63,940 nucleotides of DNA, filler included, from Phoronis australis (GCA_002633005.1; 9 parts of 9 records of this genome joined end to end with filler, not necessarily neighbours in it), one strand, 5' to 3'. Shown: positions 12,906 through 26,601, numbered from the whole stretch's first letter. Program-made: numbers and translations. The notes: generated by a model not told the origin, from the sequence alone.

Positions 12906-13840
12906 CTGTGATAGAAAATCACATACCTTTGATTGATATTGAAACTTAGCTGTGTGCTTTATTCAACCAACGTGTACACGGGAACAAGATAAAATCCACT
13001 TTTGCCCATTTGATTCTAATCATGTCTTCTAAACGCCAAAAAATAAAGATTAAGGAAACACAAATCATGTCAAATGATGAACTTACAGGCTAGAGGACGT
13101 AATGGGAATACTTCCACATGCCAAATGAATTGCCTCTTAAAGACGCGTATTTGGAACGCATTTCCCTTCTTCAAACACTACTCACTGGCGCATAGTTATA
13201 AGCGAGAGACGCTCATCTTTTTTCATTGCCAATTGAGTTTCAATTGTTGCATTTTCCTTGCGATCACAAAACGTAGCTTCAGATGACAAAAATGAGTGAT
13301 CCAACCAACATGGCTTAACCCAAAAGTTACTAGTTGTTGTGTGAAGCACTTGAAAAACTAATTACCCAATTCAAGCTTGAATGCCTTTCATTAAATCAAC
13401 ATGAACTGGCCTCATGCCCGTTGCACGTTGCTCATGATTATTTTGGTCACTATGAAAATCAGTGACTTGTGTTTTTTCATCAGAGACTAGTGTTTACACT
13501 TGTTCTTTCCCAAAGGGTTATTAAACATCTTACAACCAGCGCAGGTACTGAAAACACAATGCAAATAGACATAACTTTTCACTCAATATCATCATCAGGC
13601 CAAAGAGAAAATGATGCCAAAGAATTAACTATAAAAAGTTAGGACAACAGGGTTAAGGCAACACAAAAATCATCAGTCATTATAGTCACTTTTTTTAAAA
13701 CAAATGTAATAGCCTATGGTCATTGTTTAAACAACAGTGATGACATTTCAGTAACTCGTTTAAAGACTTGTGTTTGGATGACAGTGAAGGGGGTTCAAAA
13801 TTGAAGACCCTAATTAACTCTTCAAACCTTATTTACTTAC

Positions 13841-13967
13841 GTCCACATTAACACTGCCCTCCTGTTTTGCCATTTCACCCAATATGGCGGACACGATTGA
13901 AGTCTTTCCGCTTCCCACATTTCCTGCAATGGCAACTAATTTTCCCTTCGGGACCTCAAGGTTTGTC
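13841..13967 (-). CDS. ABCC1: ABCC/MRP Walker A exon, duplicate copy
   Basis: Same as 11853-11979 apart from a synonymous GCG/GCA change. Confidence 0.75.
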
Positions 13968-14191
13968 CTTAAACAAAAAGATACGATTGTAACTTATTTT
14001 GTCAAATTGTAAATTATAATTGATTAAATCATGTTACCATAAGACCCTCGAGTAAACTTAATACGAAACCACAGTCGTTGGAAGTCTATTGGTACAAAGT
14101 TGACGATCTCATACAGGACAAATGTAAAAGGAGATACAAACGCTCTTCCAAAATCTGTTCTTCGAATTGCCGAGTTTTAGTTACTACTTAC

Positions 14192-14255
14192 CTTTTCAAA
14201 TATATTGGCTCATTATCTTCCCATGAAAAGCCACCTTCGCAAACCTGAACTGATG
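14192..14255 (-). CDS. ABCC1: ABCC/MRP NBD1-start exon, duplicate copy
   Basis: Same sequence as 12204-12267. Confidence 0.7.
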
Positions 14256-15655
14256 CTACAAAGCAAAGAACGTGTATATGATGAAACGTTCACAATTTTC
14301 TGCAAGCTTAAAATACTAATGTCAAGGAGATAAATTGAAAATTGTTTCGAGTTTGCTTGCATAGTGATCTGAGTAAAATATGATGGACGTTAATAGGTGA
14401 TGTAATGGTCAATCGACTGTTAATGTGGATGAACATGAAAATTTGCATTCAAGAACTTTCAAATCCAAGGCTTCTTCAAACGTGGATGCGAAGGAAAATA
14501 AACAACTTCCGTTGTTGAGATCTATACTTGTAAATAGCGACACGTCTAATGAGAACATTTTCAATGCATATGCCACTGAAAATCACACCAGACTTGTAAA
14601 AAAATTTTATAATTAGAATTTCCACACACACTACTGTGGACAAGTAAAACCAATCACTTCTATAATTTGGAACAAGTAAAGATTGGCAAATAAAGATGTA
14701 CTACACACGGCACAAATAAGTGATAACCGACAGGTTAATGCAAATCAGAAAACAAATTTAAGCACGCGTTTTCTCTAATAGTTCGTACACTGGTGTACGA
14801 ACCATTTTCCCTTGAGAGTTATGCTTCCTAATTAATAGACACAACACTGAGCGTAGAAACTGTTAGCAAAGAAAGTCAAGGGTTCGAATTATTCGATGTA
14901 AAGGTCGATTATGACAATGAGTGTAACGACGACCTCCGAGACGGTGGTTTGGCAAACTGAATTATATTACAAGTAACAAATTATTTTCCCGGGTGATGGG
15001 TTTACTTCAAAATACAATACTTGTCACTTTATTTTCTTCCCATATTCACAAACTTCAAGAACGACGCCAGCTTCAGTAACTCCGATTTTAATGATGTCGT
15101 CTACCGCACTTACTTTCAGACTGCAGTGCATTAGGTAAACATGTATTCGAAAATATCTGACTGAGGAAACTTGACGGTGATTTTGCCAACCCTTCGCTTT
15201 CGATTCAGGGGCGAAACTCTCAGATTTTGAAGAATTCTCACACTTCACAGAAAGGTGTCAAATTCTGCCCAATTTGATAAAATCCCGCCGACTGGTTTTC
15301 GAGAAATGTGTTATTGACGGGTTACCGAGGACGTGTGATGACCGAAGGAACTGCGGTTCACAGGGTTAGGCCTAATCTGCTGCCCGTCACGATTCGATTT
15401 CAGAATTCAAAGGTTGGCAATATGTTACTGGATGTGCATCAATATAAAGTAATAAAAATCCAAGTCAAATTTTGTTTTTCGCTTATTGTCAGTCAAACTG
15501 GCGTTAGCAATTTTCATCAATGTCGCTAGCTGTTCTTTAGAAAATAACAGTACCCACAATTAAGCATGAAGTTACTCAGGGTCGACGCGCCCCCCCCCCT
15601 TGACTGCCGCAAGCAAAATAAACCAGCAAAACGTGAAGCGGGAGGAAACTTGCAC

Positions 15656-15755
15656 NNNNNNNNNNNNNNNNNNNNNNNNNNNNNNNNNNNNNNNNNNNNT
15701 TAATTAATTAANNNNNNNNNNNNNNNNNNNNNNNNNNNNNNNNNNNNNNNNNNNN
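15656..15755. other. Artificial contig linker
   Basis: 44N-TTAATTAATTAA-44N. Confidence 0.98.
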
Positions 15756-15789
15756 CCTAGATCCGCCACTGAACTCCCCATTTACTGGC

Positions 15790-16240
15790 GCTTGTCATTT
15801 TCCTTAAAGTATTTATACAATTCCATTCTGGCATTGGGCACTCTGGGTGAGAAATCTTCGGTTATGTGGATGGCTGGGTTTTGTAGGTTTTTGCGTTTCA
15901 TCGCAATGTTGCTCTTGTCTTAGGAAAATACCTTATCGATGATTGGACTTTCCGCTAAATTGATTTCTCAAACTGTGTTCTCTCTCAACATGAATATCGA
16001 TACCCAAATGTCCTGTGACAAGATTTAATACGAGCGCCTAAAGTTAGCTTTTCGCAGGCTTTTCACTGTTTTCTTTCAAACCATGGGAGATTGCATTACC
16101 ACGCCTGAACCGATTTGGGTCATCAAAAATTTTCGCGCTCAGAGCTGTAATATACACTTTCAATTTTCCTGTCTCTCTTTTTGTGTCTATATTCTGTTCG
16201 ACGTTTGGTGACTTATTTTTCCATATTATCGAGTCTATCA
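15790..16240 (-). mobile_element. Degenerate LINE (CR1/L2-type) ORF1 relic
   Basis: Frameshifted motifs NRFRRGNAISHGLKE, HLGIDIHVERE and KRKNLQNPAIHITEDFSPRV..ARMEL, typical of LINE ORF1p. Confidence 0.65.
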
Positions 16241-16633
16241 TTTAATGATTCGAGTGAGATTTCTGTTAAGGAAGAGATAAGCACATACCGGTAATCACCA
16301 ATGGAGCTGCGTGTCGGTTACCACGGTCTTTGCCTTCGCTTCTTGTCATTGTAATGGCGGATTACGTAACAACAGTAAAGAGAGGACAGAATTAAGCGTT
16401 GCACCAAAGTTTTGTCCTGTGGACCTACATGTATGAGTTGTAAAACTTGTCTGTGATACTTCCGCTGTCTGTTGCAGGTCTTAATCAGCTTCGCCGAAAC
16501 TCCTTATACATGTACTGTACTTGGTTGTCCCTACACTATTAGTTGTTCGAGATGTTGCCTAACGTTGGAGCATAATCACTGAGCTGACATGCCACACCAG
16601 CGCCCTCGCGCTGTGCGATCCTTTCTCTTTCTG

Positions 16634-18022
16634 GGCCCGGTCTCCAATCTCCGTACTCAGACTCGAATCATGCTCAAACTCACACTTCATACTCAACTCG
16701 AGTACAGACTCGGCTTTGGTGTATTCAATGTCATACTCGAAAATCTGTACTCGAAATTTCGAGCACGTACTCAAGTTTTCGAGTGTACTCGAACTGAAGT
16801 GTATCTCATCTATATTTCGAGTACGATTTTGAGTAAAAATTCGGAGTCTATGCTCAAATTTCAAGTTTGTTATGGCAGTGTGCTTGAAATCGTACTCGAA
16901 AATAAATACGAGCCAGAGAACAAAATATCGAAAGGGAACCAAGAAACACAGCAAATCTAAAAAAAAATAAGTCCTCTTACCGTATCTCAGCACTTCAATT
17001 TCAGTTCAGAGATAATAGTTTTCATCTTAAATCTTCTTATTCTTCACCTTATTAACCCGCCGTATCACTGTATGTTACGGCCGCCATTCTACCTCTACAA
17101 TTCCTGGCAACAGGCGCATTGTAATCCCTTGTCGGCGAGTCATAACAAGCGTCGAAAGCAGTTGTGGGAAAAGTCGTGTGAGAAGTTTGTGCTGCCCTTA
17201 TTTCGGTATGTGTGCCTACGTTTTGTAGGGTTTCCAAAAGACGAGGAGGGGAGGGAAGTTAAAAAAAGTTCGCTTCCCTGTCAGGTACATTTCTCATCAT
17301 AACTTAGTCATCTATAATTCCTCAATCCCCAAATGGAATTCCAGATTTTGTTTGCCGATTTCTAAGTTGAAGTGTCGTCCCGTTCACTGCCACTGGTGAA
17401 CTCTGAATGCCTGCACAAGTATTGTTTTTTAACTCAAGTGCCAAATGTCAACTCACTTGATACATCCCGGTAAAATACAAAGATACAGTATCAAAGTTTG
17501 ACATCAGCGTAGGCCTATACAGCAATGGGTTTTATGTCAAGACTAAATTAGCAACAGAGATGTGATGTGATAAGCTGTTACATATTTCTTAAGACATTTT
17601 CGGGACTGGGTGAGGAAATCAAGAAGTAAAGCTTAATAATTGCCAAATGTATCAAAGAAATGGCATAAGAATATTTATTGAAACTAAAAAATGAATAACA
17701 GTTACAGAACACTCAGAATTCCACGTTATAGACGTATTCTTGTAGTTGTAGCGACAGCAGACGATAATGTAGGCCTAGTTCATGGTGAGGTCTATTCCAA
17801 TAGGGAGCGATGAATCAGCGCGGCTTTGCGTGATTTTGCATTTCACACCATAAAGAGTTCCATAGCAACTCGAGTATGAGTGTCAGATTTGAGTACGTTT
17901 GGAGTCTACTCGAAATACGACATTAGATACGCTTTTATGAGTACGACTCCAGTGAGCACGATTTTGAGTATGAAATCTCGAGTATGAGTATGAGTCTGAG
18001 TACGGAGATTGGAGAACGGGCC
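16634..18022. mobile_element. Non-autonomous PIF/Harbinger-type DNA transposon, about 1.39 kb, CTG TSD
   Basis: About 30-bp TIRs GGCCCGGTCTCCAATCTCCGTACTCAGACTC / GAGTCTGAGTACGGAGATTGGAGAACGGGCC, with CTG on both flanks and ACTC/GAGT-rich subterminal arrays. Confidence 0.85.
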
Positions 18023-18954
18023 CTGATCGCCAAAGTGATGTGTCATTTTTTATTACCTTGTAATATTTGTTTTAATTTTGTTAGGAAATATTAGTGAATC
18101 CAACCAATAAATATGTATACAATCTTACATGTAATAAATGTACCAAAATTGCACTGAACCCAATAAACTATTCATCTGCCGGGCAACATTATTGCAAGAA
18201 CTTGAGTTGATCAATCTGTGGAGGTCGTCTCCCAATATCTTGAATTATTTTTACATTCAGATTTGTTTGGTCCAAAGCGACTAAAACTCCGGCATGTCAA
18301 GGTAGCAAAGCTGATACGCCTATCTCTGAAATTAGAAACCGGTGCACGAAATTACCGTTGAGTCTATCACTTGAACTGCTTGATAAATTGCTTTGCCAAC
18401 TATTTATGTGCTACTGCGCGGAAATTCAGGGATTTAAAGAAGTCAATTTAATTGGCGTGTGTATATTTAATTATGCAAAATGGCTCTTGGAAATGGAAGC
18501 TCTTGCTCAAACACAGCTGTTTTGGGCGAATGCTGAAATTATACGCTCTATACAAAATATTATGTCACATGCTTTAAATATTTGCTGCCACCTACTAGAC
18601 ACGATTAAGTGACACATGAAATGTTACCCGATTTAGATCGGACTTGAAGACATACTTGGGTACCTTCCGTTAGACAATTGTTGTTAAAATACAGTTTTCA
18701 TGAAATTTGGTGGAATCAAGGTTTCACGTGTGAATCCTTGTTTTAAGTGTCTTTGTGTAAAGAGTTACTGACTGCTATGAGCAAGGTTGGGGATCACAAA
18801 TCGAGCATAATGCAAAATGTAAATACCACCGTAATTTTAAGACTCTGCACTATTTTGAACCATAGCGTAATGAAGTTACCACAACCTCATGGGCGTATTC
18901 AAGCGTTCACTCGCCGGCTCTAACCATAGATTGCAAGTGGAGGTAGGTAGGTTC

Positions 18955-19109
18955 CAGTGACGGATTTAAAGAGGGGCCAAGGTGGGTATGCAAACTTAAG
19001 TTTTCCCAGATTTCGTTTGCCAGTTCGGGGGCGCAAATATGTATTGGGCATAATCCTGGTTAATACTATGTTTGTACCTCCCTAACTCAAAATCCAGGAT
19101 CCACCCAGG
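18955..19109. mobile_element. Degenerate short hAT-type MITE (same family as 49598-49753)
   Basis: CAGTGACGGATTTAAAG...AACTCAAAATCCAGGATCCACCC. Confidence 0.65.
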
Positions 19110-22100
19110 GGCACGAGAAAGTGGAATATTACAATAGATCATGTTTAATTTGCAATGATGTTCTTGTAGAGGATGACCTATTTCTACAATGCGGGCTTAT
19201 TTGAAAGTACAATATAATAATAGTCCTCTCTCCGGCATATTCGTATGAACTGTGGCAGGATTAACTTGTTTAGACTGCAAGCTTATGCACACATGGTAAT
19301 CTGCCGTTAACATCCATCTCTTCAGTCAGCTGTTTGAGAGCGCATTTATCGGAAGTGGGGGGAGAATAGAAACTGTGGTGAGTACAGGATTTTCCCTTAG
19401 AACGTATTAAAAATCGTGACTGATGTGTCCCCTCTCAGGGGAAAGTGAATAATTCTGTAGTAGACGTTGCGAGATGGTGCTTTCTTCAGGAATTGTTTAA
19501 CTGACGAGGTTTCGCGTTCCAAGACTCTAAGTATTTAGCTCAAAATAGCAAAAACTTTTGCAAAACCTGGCCACGTTGGACGATTTTTTGTTATCTTCGG
19601 CAATGAAATAACGGGAAAGTTAAACTATGACGTCGTATTTCACGAAACCAGTTGAAGGTTAACCAAGATTAATAAAGTCAGCAGAATCAAAGTTTCATTC
19701 ATACTATTGTTCTACGACCACTAATACAGTGTAATTCTGCCTTGGCTGAAACGTAGAACGATAATTTCCGATATACCGTGACTATAAGCTGGGCATGGAA
19801 TCATCACCCTTTTCAGTAACTCTTCACCTTTGCCCACAACATGGAAGTGACTAAGTGCATTTTTGGCCAAAATTCTCACTGCAAATATACATGTACATGT
19901 ACGTGTACATTAAGATTAAGAATGAGTCCCACGAGCGTTAGCTTAGTTTGTATTGTGGATATGCCATGAGACAACCTATATTGATTACGTTTCTTATAAT
20001 TGCAGCAAACCAATCAATCTTTGAAAAGCAGAAAAATCAAATTTGACAACTATTTATGAGCGAAATAAGCAAAGAAGCACATTTCAGCAGAAGTAAGCAC
20101 ATGTTAACAGAGGGAAGAAGCGTCACTTTGAGACACCACCGCTTTTGTTCATAGGCAAGTTTCACTAAAATGAAACTAGTTTACGACATTAGTTTTAATG
20201 TATAAGCGGAGACATACAATCAGCTTTAGCTTCAGAGTCAGTCTATTTTTAGCTTCTATGTAAAAACATTGCGAAAAAATAAAATATTTTAGTGAAAATC
20301 GACACAGTGTGAAGTCTTGCACAAAATAGTACAGAGTAGAATACATAGTTCGATATTGTGTTGGCAATGAACATGTATAGCTTGTACTATACCGGGTCTC
20401 AGTAGGGTAGTGCTACATAGACGCAAATATTCGCAAAATCATGCAAGTGGAACCTATTTCACGAGACGTAACTGGCGCAACCTACACTAAGAAAAGTTCG
20501 GCAACCACTAAAATGATTAGATTGAATTGTGGGTTAAGATCACTGAATTTTGGGATATATTTCACGTTTTCTGTTCCGAAAGCAAAGACACCTCACCCGT
20601 GTACACTGTTATAATCGGGTGTATTGACGCAGCACTGTGGTTTGTTTATCGAAGAATCTATTGGCTTTTGTCTTTTACATACGAGTGGCGTAGCCTGATT
20701 CCTTGACGAACACAGACTGAGGCTGAGGGACAGAAGATCGTGTCAAGCTATAGACAGCAATGCATCATATGGTCGACTAGTCAGAAGGCGAAACTTTTCC
20801 AGAAACTACACGGCCAAACTTCAACATTCACATTGTAGGCTTTTGGCAAATAATAAAAGCCAACAAGATTCTTCGCGAAACAGACCGCAGATTAAGTAAG
20901 TTGCCTGCACATAGTACATCAAACACCACTATACATAGACGCACATACACTGGTAATTTGTTGATGGGTTGCTGTCAATATATCGAAGGGTTATTTACTA
21001 AATATATACCTAATTTCAGATATTTCTTTACAACAAGTATAGTTCAGTGAAATATACTTCCAACACAAGCAAAATATACACGCAAGACAATCATGCAGTT
21101 TACACAAGCCAAAACAAATCACAACATCTAGAAAAATATTTTCGACATATGTTGAATTAGGGATCATGCTAAATTGGAAACGGGACAGCTGGGCCTTGAT
21201 GCGACTGTCAACAGTTAAAATTTCAATCCATTTGTCCAAATTTGTATATACCGATGCCTACAGCGTGGCTCAAAGATATGGCCGATCTTTTTGCCAAAAA
21301 TCTAAAGGTAAAATTACTAACAGGTATTTTAGTACTAACGTGAAAAATGAGTACCATTGCTGTCTTACGTTCCCAGTAATCAGGACATTTGTAAGAACGC
21401 CGGCCACAAAAGCCAAAAAGACCACCTTGAGGGCTCTTCGGGTATAGCCTCAGTTGCATTCCTAATACAGAATTACAATTAAAATCGTTCAAACTGATCA
21501 TCTGTCAGAGCACCATCGTCAGATCAGAGAAAGTGGCAAGACAGTGAACATTTGCTGAAGATACAGTACACAAAGAAAAGACCGTGCGCTTTTGGAGGTT
21601 CCCTTTGGAGGCTAGGCGATTTCAATATTCATAACTAAAAAATTCCGAAAGAACCGCCAGTGGAAAGTTTTGGAAATCACCAGTACCAACCTTTTAGGAC
21701 ATCATTGTGTGAGTTACCAATTCCTTTAAAGGGAAATCTTGTTTCCCCGGCTATCAACATCCAATAATGCTTATAACAATGACAAACATTAAGCTGTAAA
21801 TACAATGTATAAACTACGAGTTCTTACGTTATTAATCAGTTAACAGATCATGAAATAATAAACAAATTGTTGTTTATCAACAACATTTGCCTTTTCTACT
21901 TAAGACGATTTAGTGTCAGAAGAAACGCATACAGTTCCTTCAACGTGAGGAAAATAATCTAAGAATACAAGACCAAGTTAAAAACTAAATTATTTATCTA
22001 AACAAAATGTGGTCAGAAATTTTCCTCAGTTCAGGACACCATTTTGATGTCTCTGGCCACTGATCATATACCTGTACATGTACACTAAACCTGTAAAAGA

Positions 22101-22725
22101 GCTAAAAAATACAGGATCTGCTAGCGCGGTCTTCAAAAATTGAAGCCTTAATTCAAACTTACACGTTTTCTAGCTTTAGCATACTGTAACTGTAAATCGG
22201 ATGACATCAAAGTAAGGAGATTTGAAGTGGTGCTTGGCGTGCATTATTGGTATATGTCACTTTTAGTAAAAATACGTATAAGTACAAGCGTTTCATTGTT
22301 TAACCTTTTTACACCATTTCTTAAGCAAAGACTTTACAAATCATCAATAAATAAAAAACATAAATCAATGGACAGCCTGAGGGGTAAATGCCTAGTACAG
22401 AATGCCAAACTTGACTTAAAGTGAACAAAATTATGATACACCCCAGTTAGCAGTTAGCAGTTAGCAGGCCAGGCAGAGGCCCGCAGCATAAACAGATTAT
22501 CAAACAATAATGTCTGCTTGAAAAAGTTAATTCTGTGGAATCGACAAAATGAATGTCATCTCTTCATTCGAAACTCCATTTAAAAAAGTAATTGACCAAC
22601 AGCACGGATCGCTTCGAGTAAACATACGCATTTGTGCCTGAATGATGTGGCATTGTGGGCTACATTTAAGTATCCAGTTGAGACTGAGATAGCAGACTAA
22701 TGTATTGGACCTTAATAAAGACCAG

Positions 22726-22972
22726 GGGCCCGTTCCAACAAAACTGACTTAGCTAAGACAATCTTAAGTTTTTGTAAATTTTAAAATAAAAGTTAAATTT
22801 GTCTCAAAACCAATTCAAGAAAGAGATCTTAAGTTTGTTTTAAGTGTTTGACAGAAGTTTTGTCTTAATTTTGACTTACTTGCCTAATATGGGAGCTTCA
22901 AAGTTTGGAAGTTAAGGCAAATCTTAAACTTAAGTCAAAAATGAACTTAAGTCAGTTTCTTGGAACAGGCCC
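22726..22972. mobile_element. Harbinger/Tourist-like MITE, 247 bp, CAG TSD
   Basis: TIRs GGGCCCGTTCCAA / TTGGAACAGGCCC, CAG on both flanks, internal CTTAAG repeats. Confidence 0.85.
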
Positions 22973-23059
22973 CAGGGTCTCTGCGTGTTTACACTCCCCA
23001 TCTTCACCCCACACTAAGTCACTTCTATGAGTAACACCAATACACTATGTGGGGAAGAT

Positions 23060-23380
23060 TTAAACTCCAAAAATATCGAAACACAAAGCTGGATTTTTAC
23101 TCTTCATATCCCTGCATATGGCTTCTATCTTGATGCCCTGCTCTATGCGGTACTCTGGGGGAATAGTGACATTAGATCCTTGCGGTACATCCGGGTGTGC
23201 AAAAGCGTGAAGCACAGCCACGTAAGCCTCTTGGTTGATGCCGGGGACAAAACCGGGACTGCCCGAACTGCCGTTGGTGAATGATGAGCTGGAATGGTAG
23301 AGCACCCTGTTGGGGTCGTCCAAGCGCGGGAACATGTCTCTGCCAAAGTTGGCATGAGACCAACGCTTTCTCTCATCACA
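23060..23380 (-). CDS. FAM111A: FAM111-like trypsin-fold serine protease, terminal exon with catalytic Ser (GSSGSP)
   Basis: Acceptor TTTATTTCAG|, phase 0; RVLYHSSSSFTNGSSGSPGF...VAVLH...IEQGIKIEAI; stop TAA. Confidence 0.85.
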   Translation of the reverse strand, partial: CDERKRWSHANFGRDMFPRLDDPNRVLYHSSSSFTNGSSGSPGFVPGINQEAYVAVLHAFAHPDVPQGSNVTIPPEYRIEQGIKIEAICRDMKSKNPALCFDIFGV

Positions 23381-23733
23381 CTGAAATAAAGCAATACAGG
23401 TAGCACTTATCCCTTTGATATAGATATGCATAGACTACAACTTGCATTTTCTCATATACATGTACATGTATTTTAATGGATATGTGTGTTTATCATTGTA
23501 ATGTGCTTCACCTGTAGATTACTACCTTCATTCAAAAACGATAACTAAGACCCGGCAGTATAGCAAACAACTGAAACTATTTTCACCAAAAATCACATAC
23601 TTTTGTTCGCTGTAATGAAAACATGGTGTTAGCAAAAGAGTGAGTAGTAAGAACTACAGCACTGACCACTGTGCAAGTTAGTGTCATGATTAAACGATCA
23701 TATAATTCATAACTAGTAATGATATCAACATAC

Positions 23734-24065
23734 CATTTTTCCAAACTCGGGATCTGTGTGACTATGGTAAACATCACACTGAAAGTCAACTACTTTTTCT
23801 TGAGCAAATGGGTGTCCGACAAATGTGACTTTGTCATGATCCCCGATCTCCATGAACTTCTTGAGAGGAGCCGGGATAGATTTCGCTTTCTTGTATTTGG
23901 CAAGTGCCTCGTGCAATGGTTGACTTAGGTCAAGCTTTAGGACTGCGTAGTCAAGGTCATGATTTGTGATGACTGGGAGTGGTTTGAGCATGCAGCAACG
24001 TACATCACCTGATGTTTGAGAATTGTAGTGGAACACCGCAGCACATGGTCCATTAACTTTAAAGA
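23734..24065 (-). CDS. FAM111A: FAM111-like protease exon with catalytic Asp (LDYAVLKL) and VGHP motif
   Basis: 332 bp, phase 1/0, TTTTACAG| ... |GTATGT; in frame with both neighbouring exons. Confidence 0.85.
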
Positions 24066-25899
24066 CTGTAAAAGTTCAAAGACACGATGAATAACTTACA
24101 GAGAATACAAAACATGGGTTACTGCTTGGATCATAGACATCTACATGTAGGCCTACATGACTCTATGTTAATGGCTTGGACCAATGAGATAAATATAACT
24201 ACAGTTGACATCACGTGGTTTTCGTTGTGCGAAGTGGTCAGCCATCTTGCTGATGGACGATAGTGGGGCGTCGTGCCCGTGTATTGTGTAGCATTTAACT
24301 GCAGTTTTCAAAATGACCGGACACTTAGGACCAATTATGTAATTTTTTGCCTTTTGAGCTTTCAATGATGGAATTTGTTTGAATTCCTGGCCAAAATTTC
24401 TGAAAAGGAGTTGATGGTCGTTGATGATTTTTTAAATGAAAAAATAATTATTTGTATTTTTCTTAGTTCGCATATAATCATACCTTCGAAGCCGAAACAA
24501 TTGTTCAGCTCATTTAGTCCCTATAAATATGTGTCAAGTTTTTAGTATTAACTTGCCAAAGTAAAAAACATGAAATGAGTTGAACCCTGAAGTCGACATT
24601 AGCAAATCATGTTCTTCAGCAGTGGCCAGCTCGAATGGATTCATCAACAGGAAATGGACTTAGCTTGTTACTGTGTCTGTTATGTTACCTTAGTCCATTG
24701 TCTACAAGCTGTCAGATTAGCTTAAAGGAAGAACAGCGCCTCTGAAATTTCAGTTCAACTATTTTCAAGGTTGAGGGGAAGTTCATAAAATTTCCCGATG
24801 TATTAAGTAGGATATCTTTAGGTTAAAGCTGACTGGTTGATGGGAGTGTCTCCCCCAGCTGATCACCCTATCCGGCTTGTAAACAACTAATAATCAAGTT
24901 CTGTACATTTATCAGTTTAGTTCAAACAAAATGTGTTAATGGCTAGATTCTCATGTGGCTATTATGAAAGTCATCGAGGTATTTTTAAACTATTATAAAG
25001 TATATGCGCTGCAATTCGTAAACTGGCAAGAGATCCCAGGGCATAACGGCAGCTATTCACGGTCAAATAATTGGGAATTTATTTTTTTCTCGGCCTTATC
25101 ATGACGTTTAAGCAACGCAAGGGTCACGTATTTACGTTGCTTTATGTTACCAACATTTTAAAACCTCTTTAGTATTCAAAATTTCAAATTTTATTCTAAA
25201 AATTGCCCGGCTTCCATAAGGCCACCGTGCTTTTGTTTACAAATCGTCCATCATCAATATGGCGGACCGCGTGTCACGCGCTGTCTGGCTTGCGAGTATT
25301 GTCGTGTCATCTCTATGTATATAGCTCATTGGCTTGGACGTTGTTTTGGGTTAAACATGTTCATGTATGCACATAGGCAACACGAGAACAGGTTGACAAT
25401 ACTAAAAACCTTCAAGATGTGATTATATAAGTTAACGATCTTACGTACCATCCTTGTGATAAAAATTCAAATAATTACGATTTTTGAGGACTTTCAAGCG
25501 GCCCCTTTTACTGCAGTTGGACTAAAATCTATCCAACAACGTATTATGCTTTCCACCTATCAAATAGTCTTCCCCACTATAGAATATTCAGTAACTAAAA
25601 CTAATTCATAGCCTCCAGCGACCAGAGGGACCTTTTTAAACCAGAAATACAAGTGTTCTTTAAAATAATATACCTGCAATTGCTTTTGTTTCTTGCACAC
25701 CACAGAAAGTAATTGCGACGTAAAGTACACCGCACGGAATTCATAGCCCCTTCTCGGAGCGCCCCCAGAGTAATTTTCACGAAAAGCGGCATAAGGTGGT
25801 ACATAACACATTCATGCAGACGAACTTTCTCCTAAATCTCAATGCATAGCAGTTGAGTTTCATTTCTTTTACGTAGAGTAGTTATCCGTCTCTGGGCTA

Positions 25900-26034
25900 A
25901 ATTGCCACGTTGCGTACGGGTGCAGCAATGCCAAGCGACATTTGTGCAACTTCCCCGCCGATCCCGCCATGTGCCGTACATGGAATAGATTCGTATTCAC
26001 GACAAGGACTGGCTACAAAATTCCCGATCAGTAA
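25900..26034 (+). pseudogene. Truncated THAP zinc-finger relic, probably transposon-derived (Kolobok or P-like)
   Basis: CHVAYGCSNAKRHLCNFPADPAMCRTWNRFVFTTR matches the THAP N-half (C..GC.N, FP.D, W). C-x2-HF half is absent. TTAA-AGG Kolobok-like start at 24722-24728. Confidence 0.6.
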
Positions 26035-26601
26035 CAGCTGTTCTAGACTTGGTGTAAAGCTGTGTACAAAAGCAACAACCTTTTGTGCCGATGACCAAAT
26101 AAAACCAGGCACAACATGTAGTGTCTATTGCTAAAACTAGTGTGCTCTTTTGAGCTGACTTTTGGCGATTGTCTCATTTGACCTTGACCAGTTTCTGTGC
26201 CCCCTTATATTCTTTTATCAACTGTTCTTCGCTGCCACGACTTTGGGTACATGTCTCAACAAATTATCGGAACTGGTTTCATTTTGTTACAAGTTTTTAG
26301 TAATTTAAGGCCATCAAACCGAATTTTAGAACAAAGTTTGCTGCGAAGCTGTCATCAACCCCGAAAGATGTCTCAAACCTTTAAGAAATGTGTCACGAGT
26401 GTACTGTTTTTAAAAGGACAGACTTTTCTTTGAAACAAAATTCAGAGGGCATAAAATGCTACAAAATGATGATTTTAGATTGTTTTTTCAATTAAACGGC
26501 TGCAACGGAAAAGGTGAATGTCGGAAACGACTCCAAGATTTGGCATGCAACCCCGTCGATCGTTGACTCTACGATATGTTTCGCGACAAGGTGACTAGTA
26601 A

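Larger units (their letters stand above)
10506..14473. repeat. About 1.98-kb direct duplication (10506-12485 vs 12487-14473) joined by one N; probable uncollapsed haplotype overlap
   Basis: Copies differ by scattered SNPs and a 7-bp indel. Junction is a single N at 12486. Confidence 0.9.

Noticed and set aside
16559-16993. Overlapping 144-aa and 123-aa ORFs
   Set aside because: Fall on the repetitive arm of the Harbinger-type element; no transposase or Myb motifs.
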